Of a stretch of 64,000 bases of DNA, positions 32,509 to 43,300 are shown one piece after another; the first letter of the stretch is position 1, and every line of letters starts with the position of its first letter. The stretch is from an uncultured Gemmatimonadaceae bacterium. GTDB lineage: Bacteria; Gemmatimonadota; Gemmatimonadetes; Gemmatimonadales; Gemmatimonadaceae. The DNA lies in contig CAVUDW010000002.1 of assembly GCA_963740355.1 (NCBI GenBank), positions 1,280,001 through 1,344,000 on the forward strand. Reading direction: 5' to 3'. Under the pieces are notes generated by a model. That model made no database searches. It saw only the letters and a list, made by a program, of their open reading frames with translations, and was not told the origin of the DNA. The position numbers and the translations under genes were made by a program.

Positions 32509-33588
32509 CTACGGCCGACTTGTCTCTCGTCGCTTCAGCTCCTCGAGCTGCGTCTCGATCGATGCCGGAACGACGAGACTGTCGGAGATACGTGCAATCT
32601 CTTCGGCCTCACGCCACGCGGCCTCCAGTGCCGCAAGCTCGCCGTCCATCGCGCGGCGCTCACTCTCTTCGTGCAGAGCCATCTCGAGCGCCAGCCGGTA
32701 TTGCAGTGTCTGCGCGTGCAACACGCCGGGAACCACCGTGACAGCACCAGTTTCGTTGCCGAAGATGCTCTTCTTTCGTGCCCAGCGTTCAGCCCGTTCC
32801 GTTGCTCCGAACCGGTTCTGGATGGTGCGGAGCACACTGAGCGGGTCACCGACCTCTTCGAGCAGCGACACGGCGGACTGCACATCGCGCTTCGATCCGC
32901 CAAATCGATTGACCGTCGGCATCAGGCGCGCGGCAACACGCATGGCGTGATCGCCGAGCAGCAGATGTGTGCCCTGGACCGACTCGAGCCGCAAGGCGAA
33001 ATCATCCGAGCCGTCGGAGCGCTCGAGGGTGCTCATGCGAGCATGCTTCCGTTGCACCTCGACGGTCGTGCCGTCGGCGAGGGCAATCCGGCCGATCGAT
33101 TTCGTCTGGCGGCCATGCACCAGCGCTTGCCAGAGATTTGCGTTGCCGAACAATCCACCGAAGGAGCCGATGCTCGCGCCAATGGTCAGCATCCCGCCGA
33201 CGATCGTCGCCGCACTCCCAACGACGACCCCGGTGATCAGCAGCTGTCGCTTGCGTCGTGACCCGAACTGGTCGCCATACCGCCACGCTGCCATCTCTGG
33301 ACGCTGCGGCGCCCCGACGCGAATCAGGTCGACGCCCTCGCGCAGCCGCGCCAAGCCGACATTGTCGGTGCTCACGCGGAGGCGGCTGTCCCGAAACCGG
33401 CGCTCGGCCTGCTCGATCGTCTCCCACCGCTCATCGAGGGGCGTCAGGTTCCAGCGTCCGCACGAACGGCAGACGACCCACAGCCTGCCGTTGGCCGCAT
33501 CGAAGGCCAGGCGCGTCCCGACCGGGAAGGTCTCGAACGCCTCGTTTCGGCCCAGATCACCGTTGCAGTGGATACAGGTCGTAAACAT
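32509..33588 (-). CDS. Hypothetical protein with N-terminal CxxC...CxxC zinc ribbon, central hydrophobic segment and C-terminal coiled coil
   Basis: CIHC, CRSC, LLITGVVVGSAATIVGGML, LALEMALHEESERRA...WREAEEIA. Confidence 0.75.
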   Translation of the reverse strand: MFTTCIHCNGDLGRNEAFETFPVGTRLAFDAANGRLWVVCRSCGRWNLTPLDERWETIEQAERRFRDSRLRVSTDNVGLARLREGVDLIRVGAPQRPEMAAWRYGDQFGSRRKRQLLITGVVVGSAATIVGGMLTIGASIGSFGGLFGNANLWQALVHGRQTKSIGRIALADGTTVEVQRKHARMSTLERSDGSDDFALRLESVQGTHLLLGDHAMRVAARLMPTVNRFGGSKRDVQSAVSLLEEVGDPLSVLRTIQNRFGATERAERWARKKSIFGNETGAVTVVPGVLHAQTLQYRLALEMALHEESERRAMDGELAALEAAWREAEEIARISDSLVVPASIETQLEELKRRETSRP

Positions 33589-33689
33589 TGGCTCAGCTCA
33601 GGGCCCAGTGCCGCCGCGCGACGGATTTCGTTTCATCTGAATCATAAACAGTCCCGAATGGTCGCTCGCTCAGGAGGGCGGCCTGCCAC

Positions 33690-33725
33690 TTGACAGTGAA
33701 CTGTCACAGCAGCACACTACTGCCA
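33690..33725 (+). promoter_or_regulatory. Sigma70 promoter overlapped by a palindromic operator; probable leaderless tetR transcript
   Basis: TTGACA (33690-33695), 17 nt spacer, CACACT (33713-33718), 6 nt, then ATG (33725). Palindrome TGACAGT-GA-ACTGTCA at 33691-33706. Confidence 0.75.
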
Positions 33726-34336
33726 TGACGACGACTCCAAATCAGCCGGAGACCACACCCACCCTTCGGGAGCGCCATGCCGCGGCGACCCGTGACCTAC
33801 TCTTGAGCGCGGCCTTCGGCATTCTCACCGGTGAGGCCCGGGACGTGATCTCGCACGAACTGGTCGCCAGCCGGAGCGGCGTCAGCCCGCGCACCGTCTA
33901 TCGCTACTTTCCGACGCAGGCCGACCTCTATCGTGCCCTCTGGGACGAACGCTTGCGCGAGTTCTTCCCGCCAGGCTTTCCCGAGAGCCACGATGTGATC
34001 CCGCAGCGTGCGGTCGAAGCCTTTGCGCGCTTCGAGGAGCATGAGGAGATGCTCCGCACGATCAACTCGTCGCCCGCCGGCTCGAAAATCAGGAATCGCG
34101 GCGGCATCGAAGGCCGCGCCGCGTTCGATGCCGCGCTGGCGCCCCTCTGCGCACATCTCGACCCGGAGCAGCGGCGCCTGGTCGTCGCGGTCTTCGTGGG
34201 CCTGTTCTCGTCGCCCTACTGGCAGGTGCTGCGCGATCGGGCGCAGCTCAGCGGTCCTGATGCACAACGCGCCGTGCACTGGGCGATGCAAGCGTTGCTT
34301 GGCGCTCTCACCAACCTCCCCGGAGTCGTTCCATGA
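33725..34336 (+). CDS. TetR/AcrR family transcriptional regulator
   Basis: HTH region VASRSGVSPRTVYRYFPT..DL; length typical of TetR. Confidence 0.93.
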   Translation: MTTTPNQPETTPTLRERHAAATRDLLLSAAFGILTGEARDVISHELVASRSGVSPRTVYRYFPTQADLYRALWDERLREFFPPGFPESHDVIPQRAVEAFARFEEHEEMLRTINSSPAGSKIRNRGGIEGRAAFDAALAPLCAHLDPEQRRLVVAVFVGLFSSPYWQVLRDRAQLSGPDAQRAVHWAMQALLGALTNLPGVVP

Positions 34337-34824
34337 CCGTCGCTGCTCCCACCGCCGTTCGTTCGTTCGTCCTTGGCGCTGCCGACACTCGCACTGCGGC
34401 TCCGCTCAACATCGTGGGCGAGGAAACACTGGTCAAAGTCAGCGGCGCCGACAGCGATGGCCTGCTCGCCTTCTTCCACCTCACCGCGCCGCCGATGTCT
34501 GGACCACCGCGGCACGTGCACACCCGAGAGGATGAAGTCTTCTATGTGCTGCAGGGTGAGCTGGTGTTCGAGATCGATGGCGCGTCACATACGGTGCGCC
34601 AAGGCGGAACCGTGTACCTGCGACGCGGAGTTGTCCATGCATACCAGAACTTCACCGACTCCGATGCACAACTGCTGATCGCGACCACCCCGGGCGATTT
34701 TGCAGTATTCTTCGAAGAGATGTCGGCGATGACCCCCGCCGGCGGAATGCCGGAGATGGGGCCACTTCTGGCGCTGCACGAACGATACGGCTTGACCATC
34801 GTGGGACCGCCGATGACGGCGTAG
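34333..34824 (+). CDS. Cupin domain protein (quercetin-dioxygenase-like)
   Basis: GPPRHVHTREDEVFYVLQG, RGVVHAYQN. ATGA overlap with tetR. Confidence 0.9.
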   Translation: MTVAAPTAVRSFVLGAADTRTAAPLNIVGEETLVKVSGADSDGLLAFFHLTAPPMSGPPRHVHTREDEVFYVLQGELVFEIDGASHTVRQGGTVYLRRGVVHAYQNFTDSDAQLLIATTPGDFAVFFEEMSAMTPAGGMPEMGPLLALHERYGLTIVGPPMTA

Positions 34825-34854
34825 GTCCCTTTCCGGAACCCTTGGCGAACGCGA

Positions 34855-37062
34855 ATGACCTCGTACCATCGTCCCGGTTTCTTCGCAGCTTTCGCCTTCG
34901 TCGCCTCTACTCTCGTCGTCTCATCGTTGCATGGGCAGGGCTCGCCGCCGGTCACCGGCACCGGTCGCGACGCCGCCCGCGGCCCCAGGGTCGCCGTCGT
35001 CCTCAGCGGCGGCGGCGCCAAGGGCATCGCCCACATCGGTGTGCTGAAGGTGCTGGAATCGGAAGGGATCTCCCCCTCGATCGTCACCGGCACCAGCATG
35101 GGCGCGCTGGTGGGTGGGTTGTACGCCATGGGCTACTCCCCCGCAGAACTCGACAGCCTCGTCCGGCGCCTCGACTGGGCGTCGTACTTCAGTGATGCCA
35201 GCGATTACCACTTTCTTGGGATCGACCGGCGTCGTGTTGGCGATCGCACCCTGCTCAGCGTGCCGATGGCGCACTGGCGACCGGCCCTGCCGTCAGGGGC
35301 CATCACCGGGCAGCGAATCTCGCGTCTGCTCAGCAGCCTGACCTGGCCGGCGCAAACCACCCGCGATTTTCGCACGCTGCCGCGCGCCTTCGTCGCCGTC
35401 GCCACTGATATCGAGACGGGCAAGGCCGTCGTACTCGATCACGGTTCGCTCGCGCAGGCGATGCGCGCCAGCATGTCATTGCCGAGCATCTTCGAACCGG
35501 TGCGGCTCGACGGGCGGCTGCTCGTCGATGGCGGCATCGTGCGTAACCTGCCAGCCACGGATGCACGCACACTCGGCGCCGACATCCTCATCTGCAGTGA
35601 CGTGGCGGATCCGCTGGCCAGCGGCGAGGCACTGAACTCGCTCGCGGCGGTGTTGATGCAGACGATCACCTTCCAGATGAATTCGTCCACCGGTGAGCAG
35701 CGGAAGTTGTGCGACATCTACATCCAACCTGACATCAGTGGCCTGACGGCGGCGGACTTCGGCAAGGCCGCACTGATCGTCGCACGCGGTACCACGGCAG
35801 CCGAATCGCTTCGTGCCGACATCCGCGCGCTCAAGGCACGACTGCCAGGCACCGTGGACGTGCCGCGGCACGCGGCATGGGTCGACTCGATTCGGGCACA
35901 GAAGATCGTGATCGAGGGACTGACGGGTCGTGCCGCGCTGCGGGCACGCCGTGCCCTCGAGCTTCGCACCGGCACGTGGCTCACGGCCAGCACCCTCGAT
36001 TCGGCAATGCAGCGCGCGTACGCCACCGAGCTCTATGAGCGGGTGCAGTACCGGCTCGATTCGGAGCAGGCTGATACCACCATCGTCGTCACGGCGGTGT
36101 CGCGGACGCAGGACCGCGCGGGCTTCGGCTTTCGCTTCGATGACAACTACAAGGCGGCGCTCCTCTTCTCGGCGGTGCTGCGCAACCTGGTCGGCTCAGG
36201 GTCCACCACCGAGCTCGAGATGCGGCTCGGTGAGCAGCTGAAGTTTTCGGCCGACTTCGTCTCGTCGAGTGTCGAGAATCCGCGTTATGCCGTCGGCACG
36301 GGCCTCTCCTTCATCCGCACACCGTTGCCGATCTACACCGAGGGACAGCGGGTCGCCGAAGTCTCGCTCTCGGTCGCGCGCACCAGTGCCTTCGTTGGTG
36401 CCAAGCTTGGTATGCACGGCGGCCTTGGACTCGAGATTTCTGGTGAGGCCGCCAGTGCCTCCACGAGTATTGCCATTCGTGATTCGAGCCGGCGCGATGC
36501 GTTCGGCAGCGTTGGACTGGTCTTCGCATGGGATGCCCTCGATCGGCCGGTCTACTCGCGCCGGGGATTTGAGCTGTCGGCGCGATCGGAGTTTGCAGCC
36601 GGCAACACACGCTTCATGCAGCACGTGGGGCGGGCACGCGTCGCGCAGCCGCTGGCATCGCGTGTCACGCTTCTCGTCGATGCCGTTGCAGGCTCGTCCA
36701 CCCGCGGCGAGGCGCTTCCGTTGCATCGATTCTTCCAGCTTGGTGGCGCCTATGCAAGCGTCATGTTCCCCGATCGCCAGATGGGCTTCGTCGGGCTGCG
36801 ACCGGTTGAACAGATTGGCACTTCGGTCGTGCGTGGCGGTGTTGGGCTGCAGTGGGAAGTGCGTCGCAACATCTTTGCGACCGCGCGCACGAACACGGGC
36901 TACGCTGGCAATGTCCTGACCTTCGATCACCGACGCTATCACACGGGATTCGGACTCAGTCTCGGCTCGCTGAGTGCCTTCGGGCCGATTGAACTCACGG
37001 CCAGTGCGCAGGATCGACGCGGCGGAACACGCGTTGAACTCAACATCGGCCGCATGTTCTGA
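34855..37062 (+). CDS. Patatin-like phospholipase with POTRA and Omp85 barrel (PlpD/type Vd-like)
   Basis: Signal peptide, GGGAKG, GTSMG, DGG, POTRA-like middle region, beta-barrel C-terminus ending in Phe. Confidence 0.9.
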   Translation: MTSYHRPGFFAAFAFVASTLVVSSLHGQGSPPVTGTGRDAARGPRVAVVLSGGGAKGIAHIGVLKVLESEGISPSIVTGTSMGALVGGLYAMGYSPAELDSLVRRLDWASYFSDASDYHFLGIDRRRVGDRTLLSVPMAHWRPALPSGAITGQRISRLLSSLTWPAQTTRDFRTLPRAFVAVATDIETGKAVVLDHGSLAQAMRASMSLPSIFEPVRLDGRLLVDGGIVRNLPATDARTLGADILICSDVADPLASGEALNSLAAVLMQTITFQMNSSTGEQRKLCDIYIQPDISGLTAADFGKAALIVARGTTAAESLRADIRALKARLPGTVDVPRHAAWVDSIRAQKIVIEGLTGRAALRARRALELRTGTWLTASTLDSAMQRAYATELYERVQYRLDSEQADTTIVVTAVSRTQDRAGFGFRFDDNYKAALLFSAVLRNLVGSGSTTELEMRLGEQLKFSADFVSSSVENPRYAVGTGLSFIRTPLPIYTEGQRVAEVSLSVARTSAFVGAKLGMHGGLGLEISGEAASASTSIAIRDSSRRDAFGSVGLVFAWDALDRPVYSRRGFELSARSEFAAGNTRFMQHVGRARVAQPLASRVTLLVDAVAGSSTRGEALPLHRFFQLGGAYASVMFPDRQMGFVGLRPVEQIGTSVVRGGVGLQWEVRRNIFATARTNTGYAGNVLTFDHRRYHTGFGLSLGSLSAFGPIELTASAQDRRGGTRVELNIGRMF

Positions 37063-37078
37063 TCGCGCCGAGGCGGGG

Positions 37079-37126
37079 AACGACATGAGGGGGCGCGAAC
37101 CATCGTTCGCGCCCCCTCATGTCGTT
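37079..37126. terminator. Perfect 22-bp inverted repeat between convergent genes (bidirectional terminator)
   Basis: AACGACATGAGGGGGCGCGAAC-CATC-GTTCGCGCCCCCTCATGTCGTT. Confidence 0.85.
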
Positions 37127-37141
37127 TGCGAACAGTCAGCG

Positions 37142-39577
37142 TCAGCGCGACATCTTCGACAGGACGTATTGCACCGCCAGATCCGTCGTGCTCCACAGCT
37201 GTATGTCCGCCCCGCTGCCATAACGCATGGCGCCCAATTGGCCCCGATCGAAGCCATAGCTCCACAGCTCGGTGTGGAACCCTGACTGCTCCACCGCGGT
37301 GCGCACCTTCTCCAGAGAACCGCGCAGCTCGGCCATGTAGGCGCTCTCGGTCGCCATACCAGGCTGGCGCGCGCGCTCGATACGATTGGCGACGCCCAGC
37401 AGGAAGAGGTTCGCTTCACGACCCCACACCACGCGCGGTCCATGATAGGGATCCTTCACGAAGCTGTCCCACACCGCTGGCGACGCGTACGCATCGTTCG
37501 CGACCACGGGCCCGATGCGGTCCACGAACAACCCTGCGGGATAGGGGCGCGCAAAGAGGCGAACGTCGCGCAGTGTGTTCGCGACTTCCTCGGCCGTCGA
37601 CGCATCGGTGCGCCCTTCGCCGTCGCCGAGGAAGAGCTGCGTTGCCGGGTCGGTATTGGCGACAGCGATCGGGCGGCGATCTCCATCCAGCGCAACTGCG
37701 AGGAACACCAGCGAATCGGAGACAGCCGCCGCCGTTGTGGATCGTGATTGCCACCACCCGCGCTCAGCCTCGGGCATCGCTGCCAGGCGCGCCTGTGTGG
37801 CTGCGCGCACCTGCGGGCCGCTCAGTGACACCAGGAAATGCCGTGAAGCGCCACGCCAGGTCGTGATGGCGCGCTGCAGCAACGCGGGATCGCGCGCATA
37901 GCGGGCCAGCGGCGTGTTGCCGGTGGTGGCTGAGGCGGTCGCGATGCCAAGCGTGCGCATCGCGGCCAGGATCTGTCCGGTGGCCTCCAGTGCGTGCGGC
38001 ACCCAGATCGTATTGATATCCATCGCGAATCGACCACCGGCGTATCCGGCGCCGCTGTCCCGCCAGCTCGCGGTGGCCCAGCCGTCGGGCTCACGGGGCG
38101 CGAATGCGATCAGGTTGGCTGAGTTGGGGTCGGCTGCGTACGGGGCCGTCAACTGCGCGACCAGCGCCAGCTCGCGCAGCAGCCGCGCGGCGCGCGTGCC
38201 ACCGCCATCGCGCGTGTCGAGCAGAAAGGCGCGCTTGGCGGCGGCGGGTACGGCCGGATCCGTGATCCACCGCGCGACGACGATCGGGAGTTGGTACTCA
38301 TCGTCGATCATGTGGTAGTTCTCTCGCACCACGCGCAGGTCGCGCAGCACCGTGTCGGCGCGGGCCATCAGCGAGTCTGCAGCGCGGCGGTCGCCTGCCT
38401 TTGCGCGCTCGTGGTACTGGTCGATCAGTGCGGCGTATTGCCCCGCGGACTCACGCACGGCCTGATCGCCCAGTGCTTCCTCATGACTGACATCGCCGCG
38501 CGGGGCCAGCTTGCGCAGCGCCGTGGCGATCACCGCCTCGAGCGTCTCATGTTGCCAGATGGGACGCATCATCAGCGCCGTCATCAGCATGTCGCGCCCG
38601 AAGTACGTGGCGTAGGTCGGCAACCCGGCCATCAGCTTCTCGCGTGAGACGAGCAGCTCCACACCGGTGACCTGGCGTTCCATGCGACGCGCACGAATTG
38701 CGAGGGTGTCATCCGGCGCCACCGCGGCGCCGCGTGCACGCGTGGTTTCGAGAAAGGCGAGGAAGTCGGGCGTGAAGATCTGCTGTCGAGTGAGTGGCGT
38801 GAGCGCTCGCGCCGTCGTCGTGAGGTGGACGATGAACGTGATGGATTCGCCCGCGCGTGCCGAGAGTGACAGCGAATCGCCGGCTACGGTCGCTGCGACC
38901 AGGCCAGCATCGCCACGCACTTCGAGCGTGAGCGTGTCACGTGCGTCGAGCGTGACCTGCTGCACGCGCGCGATCCACGCGGCACCGTCGGTGCGCAGGG
39001 CAACTCGCGGATACATGCGCGCCTTCAGCGCCTCGACCGAGTTCGCGTTGAGGCGACGGAGGTGGCGCGCACGATCAGCCGCGGGAAGCTGGCCGAGCGC
39101 CGCGATCAGCCGATCGACTTCAGGGATGAGGTACGGGCCAGCGCTGAAGGCGTCCTTGGCGCGCTCATTGTATTGAAAGTCCCGCTCCACCCGCATCGAG
39201 CCGAGCAGGAACCAGCCGAGGGTGAGCGTGTTGGAGCGCGCGGTGAGCTGGTATTCGAAGTGTCGGGTGCGGCCGGTGCTGCTGACGGTCGCATCGGTGA
39301 CTCCCCAGATGAGTGGTGCGACCTGGCCGCTCGCGTTGCGGGCCGTAAAGCCTATGCTCGCGTTGTCGGCGTCCGCGAGCAGGTGCACCACGCGGGCGCT
39401 GCGTTGATCGATGTAGACCTGCAGGGTGTTGCGTGCCGCATCGCGGTAGAAGCGGGTCTGATAGCCGCGGTAGGCTACGGTGTCGTCGAGGCCAGCGTCG
39501 GGGAACGACAGCACCGGTTTGGCCGGTGTCGGCGGTACCGCGAGCTGCAGCAGCAGCGCGAGGGCGAGGGCGGTCAT
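37142..39577 (-). CDS. Secreted (alpha/alpha)6 glycoside hydrolase, amylo-alpha-1,6-glucosidase/debranching-like
   Basis: Signal-like N-terminus MTALALALLLQLA. Motifs LMAGLPTYATYFGRD, VSHEE, MIDDEY, SWRDS, YHG.VVW, TELWS, QLWS. Start moved to ATG 39577. Confidence 0.72.
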   Translation of the reverse strand: MTALALALLLQLAVPPTPAKPVLSFPDAGLDDTVAYRGYQTRFYRDAARNTLQVYIDQRSARVVHLLADADNASIGFTARNASGQVAPLIWGVTDATVSSTGRTRHFEYQLTARSNTLTLGWFLLGSMRVERDFQYNERAKDAFSAGPYLIPEVDRLIAALGQLPAADRARHLRRLNANSVEALKARMYPRVALRTDGAAWIARVQQVTLDARDTLTLEVRGDAGLVAATVAGDSLSLSARAGESITFIVHLTTTARALTPLTRQQIFTPDFLAFLETTRARGAAVAPDDTLAIRARRMERQVTGVELLVSREKLMAGLPTYATYFGRDMLMTALMMRPIWQHETLEAVIATALRKLAPRGDVSHEEALGDQAVRESAGQYAALIDQYHERAKAGDRRAADSLMARADTVLRDLRVVRENYHMIDDEYQLPIVVARWITDPAVPAAAKRAFLLDTRDGGGTRAARLLRELALVAQLTAPYAADPNSANLIAFAPREPDGWATASWRDSGAGYAGGRFAMDINTIWVPHALEATGQILAAMRTLGIATASATTGNTPLARYARDPALLQRAITTWRGASRHFLVSLSGPQVRAATQARLAAMPEAERGWWQSRSTTAAAVSDSLVFLAVALDGDRRPIAVANTDPATQLFLGDGEGRTDASTAEEVANTLRDVRLFARPYPAGLFVDRIGPVVANDAYASPAVWDSFVKDPYHGPRVVWGREANLFLLGVANRIERARQPGMATESAYMAELRGSLEKVRTAVEQSGFHTELWSYGFDRGQLGAMRYGSGADIQLWSTTDLAVQYVLSKMSR

Positions 39578-40364
39578 GCCCACACTCGGCGGGATCGGGC
39601 GTCGCTCGGGGCGTGATGCATGGGTCGGGTTCCGCAGGGGGGGTGAAGGACGAAAAACGCGCGCAGCGGTCGCGCGGAATGCTACCCGTCGGTGCGTATT
39701 CGGGCGATGGTTGTGCGGGGCCTGCACGAAATTCTTCCGAAACTCGGCGGTGGTTGCCGATATCGGTGCACGTTTGTGCACACATGCAAGCGAGTGTGCA
39801 GATAACGGAAAGTCAGGTGTGGAGCCGGTTACTCGGTGCGGCGTGCGGTGTTTGGTACCGCATCTTGACATGTCTCGTACCGACGGCGAGCATAGGCCCC
39901 AACAATCCCCCGGCAAAAAGGCGTCCAACCGGTTTTTCTGGTGCGACGCCGCTTGCCATGTCAGTTCCTCACGCCTGAGGTGTGCACTCTCGAGACGTGT
40001 TCAGTAGTGACGCGCCGTCGTGCAGGGCGTCCCCGCGCACAGGGTGCAGCGATAGGCTGCGCCTGCGGGGTGAGTGTGCGACGACCGGGTGCAAGGATCT
40101 GGCCAGTGCGACATGTGTCGCGGCGCGGATCCGACCAATCGGCAAGAGTGCATGAATTCAGCGACGCCCGGAGCGCCGCTTTGGGTGCACTAGGCACCGA
40201 TTGAAGCGACGAGCTGGGCGAGTGATGGAAATACGATGGAATCCGGTTGTGAATTGGTGTGGTCCGCAGTTGCAGGTGCTGTCTCGACGTTCGGTCTCCC
40301 GACCTCCCCGTCTGGAGCGAGCCCGTTTGACAAAACCCTCCGCATGATCCAGGAGAGCAGACGA

Positions 40365-43300
40365 ATGAAGGTGATCAGAGGTCTGATGGCCGCAGCAGTT
40401 GGCGGTCTCCTTATGGCACATCCACTGCAGGCACAGGGTGCCCGTGGTGCGATTTCCGGTCGAGTCGTGGACTCGACCAGCCAACTCCCGATGCAAAGCG
40501 TGACCGTCACGATTGAGGGCACCCAGCGCGGCGCCATCACGCGTGTCGACGGCGGCTTTACCCTGGCTGACTTGCCGGCTGGCACCGCCCGCCTGCGCGT
40601 CACTCGTATCGGTTACACCCCGCAGGTGAAGGATGTTTCGGTGGTGCCCGGCCAGACGGCCACCGTGCGTTTCACGATGCAGGCTGTGGCCGCGAACCTC
40701 GGCGCTGTCGTCGTGACGGGCTACGGCTCGCAGCGCAAGGAAGCCGTCACGGGCTCCGTGGCGACGATCAACGCTGACGAAGCGAACGTCGGTGTCGTGT
40801 CCAACCCGACGCAGCTGCTCGCCGCTCGCGCACCGGGCGTCAACGTCACCCTGAACAGCGGTGAGCCGGGTGCCGGCGCACAGATCCGCATCCGTGGTGG
40901 CACATCGATCAGCGCCAGCAATGATCCGCTCTACGTCATTGACGGTGTGCCGCTCCAGAACAACGAGTCGGAAGCCCGCGGTTACGGCATCGGCGGTTCA
41001 CCGGCCCTCGGCCGCAACCCGCTCAACGCCATCAACCCGTCGGACATCGCCTCGGTGACGGTCCTCAAGGACGCCGCTGCGACCGCCATTTACGGCAGCC
41101 GCGGTGCAAACGGCGTGGTGCTCATCGAGACGAAGAAGGGTCGTCCGGGCGCCGCCACGATGGAATACGAGACGTACGCCGCCTTCGGTCAGGCCGCCAA
41201 CTCGCTCAACTTCCTGACCGGTTCGGAATACCGCAGCTTCATTCAGGACCAGATCACGAAGGGCACGTTGCCGGCGTCGCGCCTCGCGTCGCAGGGCACA
41301 GCGAACACGGATTGGGAGAACGAAACCCGCCGCACCTCGCTGACCCAGAATCACAACCTGTCATTCGCTGGTGGTAACCAGTCGACCACGTTCCGCGCCT
41401 CGCTGAACTTCGCCGACCAGCAGGGCATCGTCGTCTCGAACGGCTTCAAGCGTCTCCAGGCCCGCCTCAACGGCAGCCACGAAGCGCTCAACGGCCGCCT
41501 CCGCATTGGACTCAACCTGAGCTCCTCGCGCATCGAGAACGACTACCTCCCGTTTGAAAACACGGGTGGTTTCGAAGGTGGTGTGTTCCAGAACGTCGCC
41601 GTCTTCAACCCGACGCGCCCGGTCTACGTGACGGATCCCGTCACGCAGCAGCAGCGCTTCTACGAAATCGGCACTGGCCGTCAGTCGGTCCGTAACCCGG
41701 TCGCGCTGGCCTTCCAGACGCTGGACGAAGGCCAGACGATGCGCACATTGGCCAACGTCACCTCGTCGTTCTCGATCTTCCCGAGCCTCATCGCACAGCT
41801 GAACGTTGGTTCTGACCGCTCGAACGGTCAGCGCAACGTCTACCTGCCGAAGGATGGCGCGGTCGGTTCCGAGTTCGGTGGCCTGGCGCAGCAGTCACAG
41901 CGCGCCCTGTCCAACCAGACGTTGCAGACGTTGCTCACCTGGTCGCCGACGGTTGGCCATGAAGCCGACTTCGACATCGTCGGTGGCTACGAGTACACCG
42001 ATTTCGACAACACGGACTTCTCGGCCCAGAGCCAAGGCTTCACGACGGACGCCTTCACGTTCAACAACCTTGGCGCCGGCGCACGTCCGCAGATCCCGCA
42101 GTCCTACCAGGAGCAGAGCCGCCTGGTGTCGTTCTTCACCCGCGCCAACGTCGGGTACAAGAACAAGTACTTCCTGACCGGCGTGCTGCGTCGCGACGGT
42201 TCGTCGCGCTTCGGTACGGCCAACAAGTGGGCCGTCTTCCCGGCACTCTCCGGTTCATGGCTCATCTCTGACGAGTCGTTCGCCAAGGGCCTGCCGTTCT
42301 CACAGCTCAAGCTCCGCGCCGGCTACGGCCTCCAGGGCAACCAGGCTGTGGCACCGTATGCATCGCTCCCGTCGCTCGCACCGGACGGCGGCGCACGCTA
42401 CGTGTTCGGCAACACCACGTACACGGGCATCGTGCCGAACGTGAATGCGAACCCCGACCTCAAGTGGGAGCAGTCGGCGCAGTCGAACATCGCCTTCGAC
42501 TACGGCTTCATGGACGGCAAGTTCAGCGGCTCGCTCGAGTACTACAACAAGAAGACCACGGACCTGCTCCTCACGGTTCCGATCTCGCAGACGGGTTCGG
42601 CCTTCGTCTCGACCCAGCTCCAGAACATCGGCTCCGTGTCGAACAAGGGTCTCGAGTTCTCGATGGACGCTCGCATGTATGAGCGCGCCGGTCGCGGCCT
42701 CAACCTGACCGCCGGTCTCGTCTTCTCGGTCGAGCGCAACAAGGTCCTCGACCTTGGCCCGGCCAGCTTCATCGAAACTGGCGGCGTCAGCGGCCAGGGC
42801 CAGACGGGTGTGAATTCACAGCGCATCATCCCCGGCCAGCCGATCGGCACCTTCTACGGCTTCGAGTTCGCGGGTTTCAACACCACCGGCCAGCAGCTGT
42901 TCAACACCTACACGGTGGTGAAGGATGCGGACGGCAACATCACGAGCCGCACCAAGAGCGGCACGTCGATCGCTCCGGGCTCGGATGACAAGGTCATCAT
43001 CGGCAATGCGAACCCGAACTTCAGCCTTGGCCTCCGCAGCAATGCGACCTGGCACGGCTTCGACGCCAGCTGGCTGTGGCGCGCAGAGCAGGGCCGCGAT
43101 GTCTTCAACAACACGGACCTGGTCTACGGCACCAAGGCGAACGTCACGCAGGACAAGAACTTCCTGCGCTCGGCTCTTTCCTCACCGGAAGGCCTGACCG
43201 AGCCGTCGCAGTACTCGTCGCGCTATGTGGAGAACGGTTCTTTCGTCCGCCTCCAGAACGTGACGATTGGTTACTCGTTCAAGCTCCCCGCTGGCCAGAA

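Noticed and set aside
39578..39928. N-terminal extensions of the debranching-like ORF (and of susC, 40236-40364)
   Set aside because: Signal peptides (and, for susC, an SD site) point to starts at 39577 and 40365, so the region is treated as intergenic.
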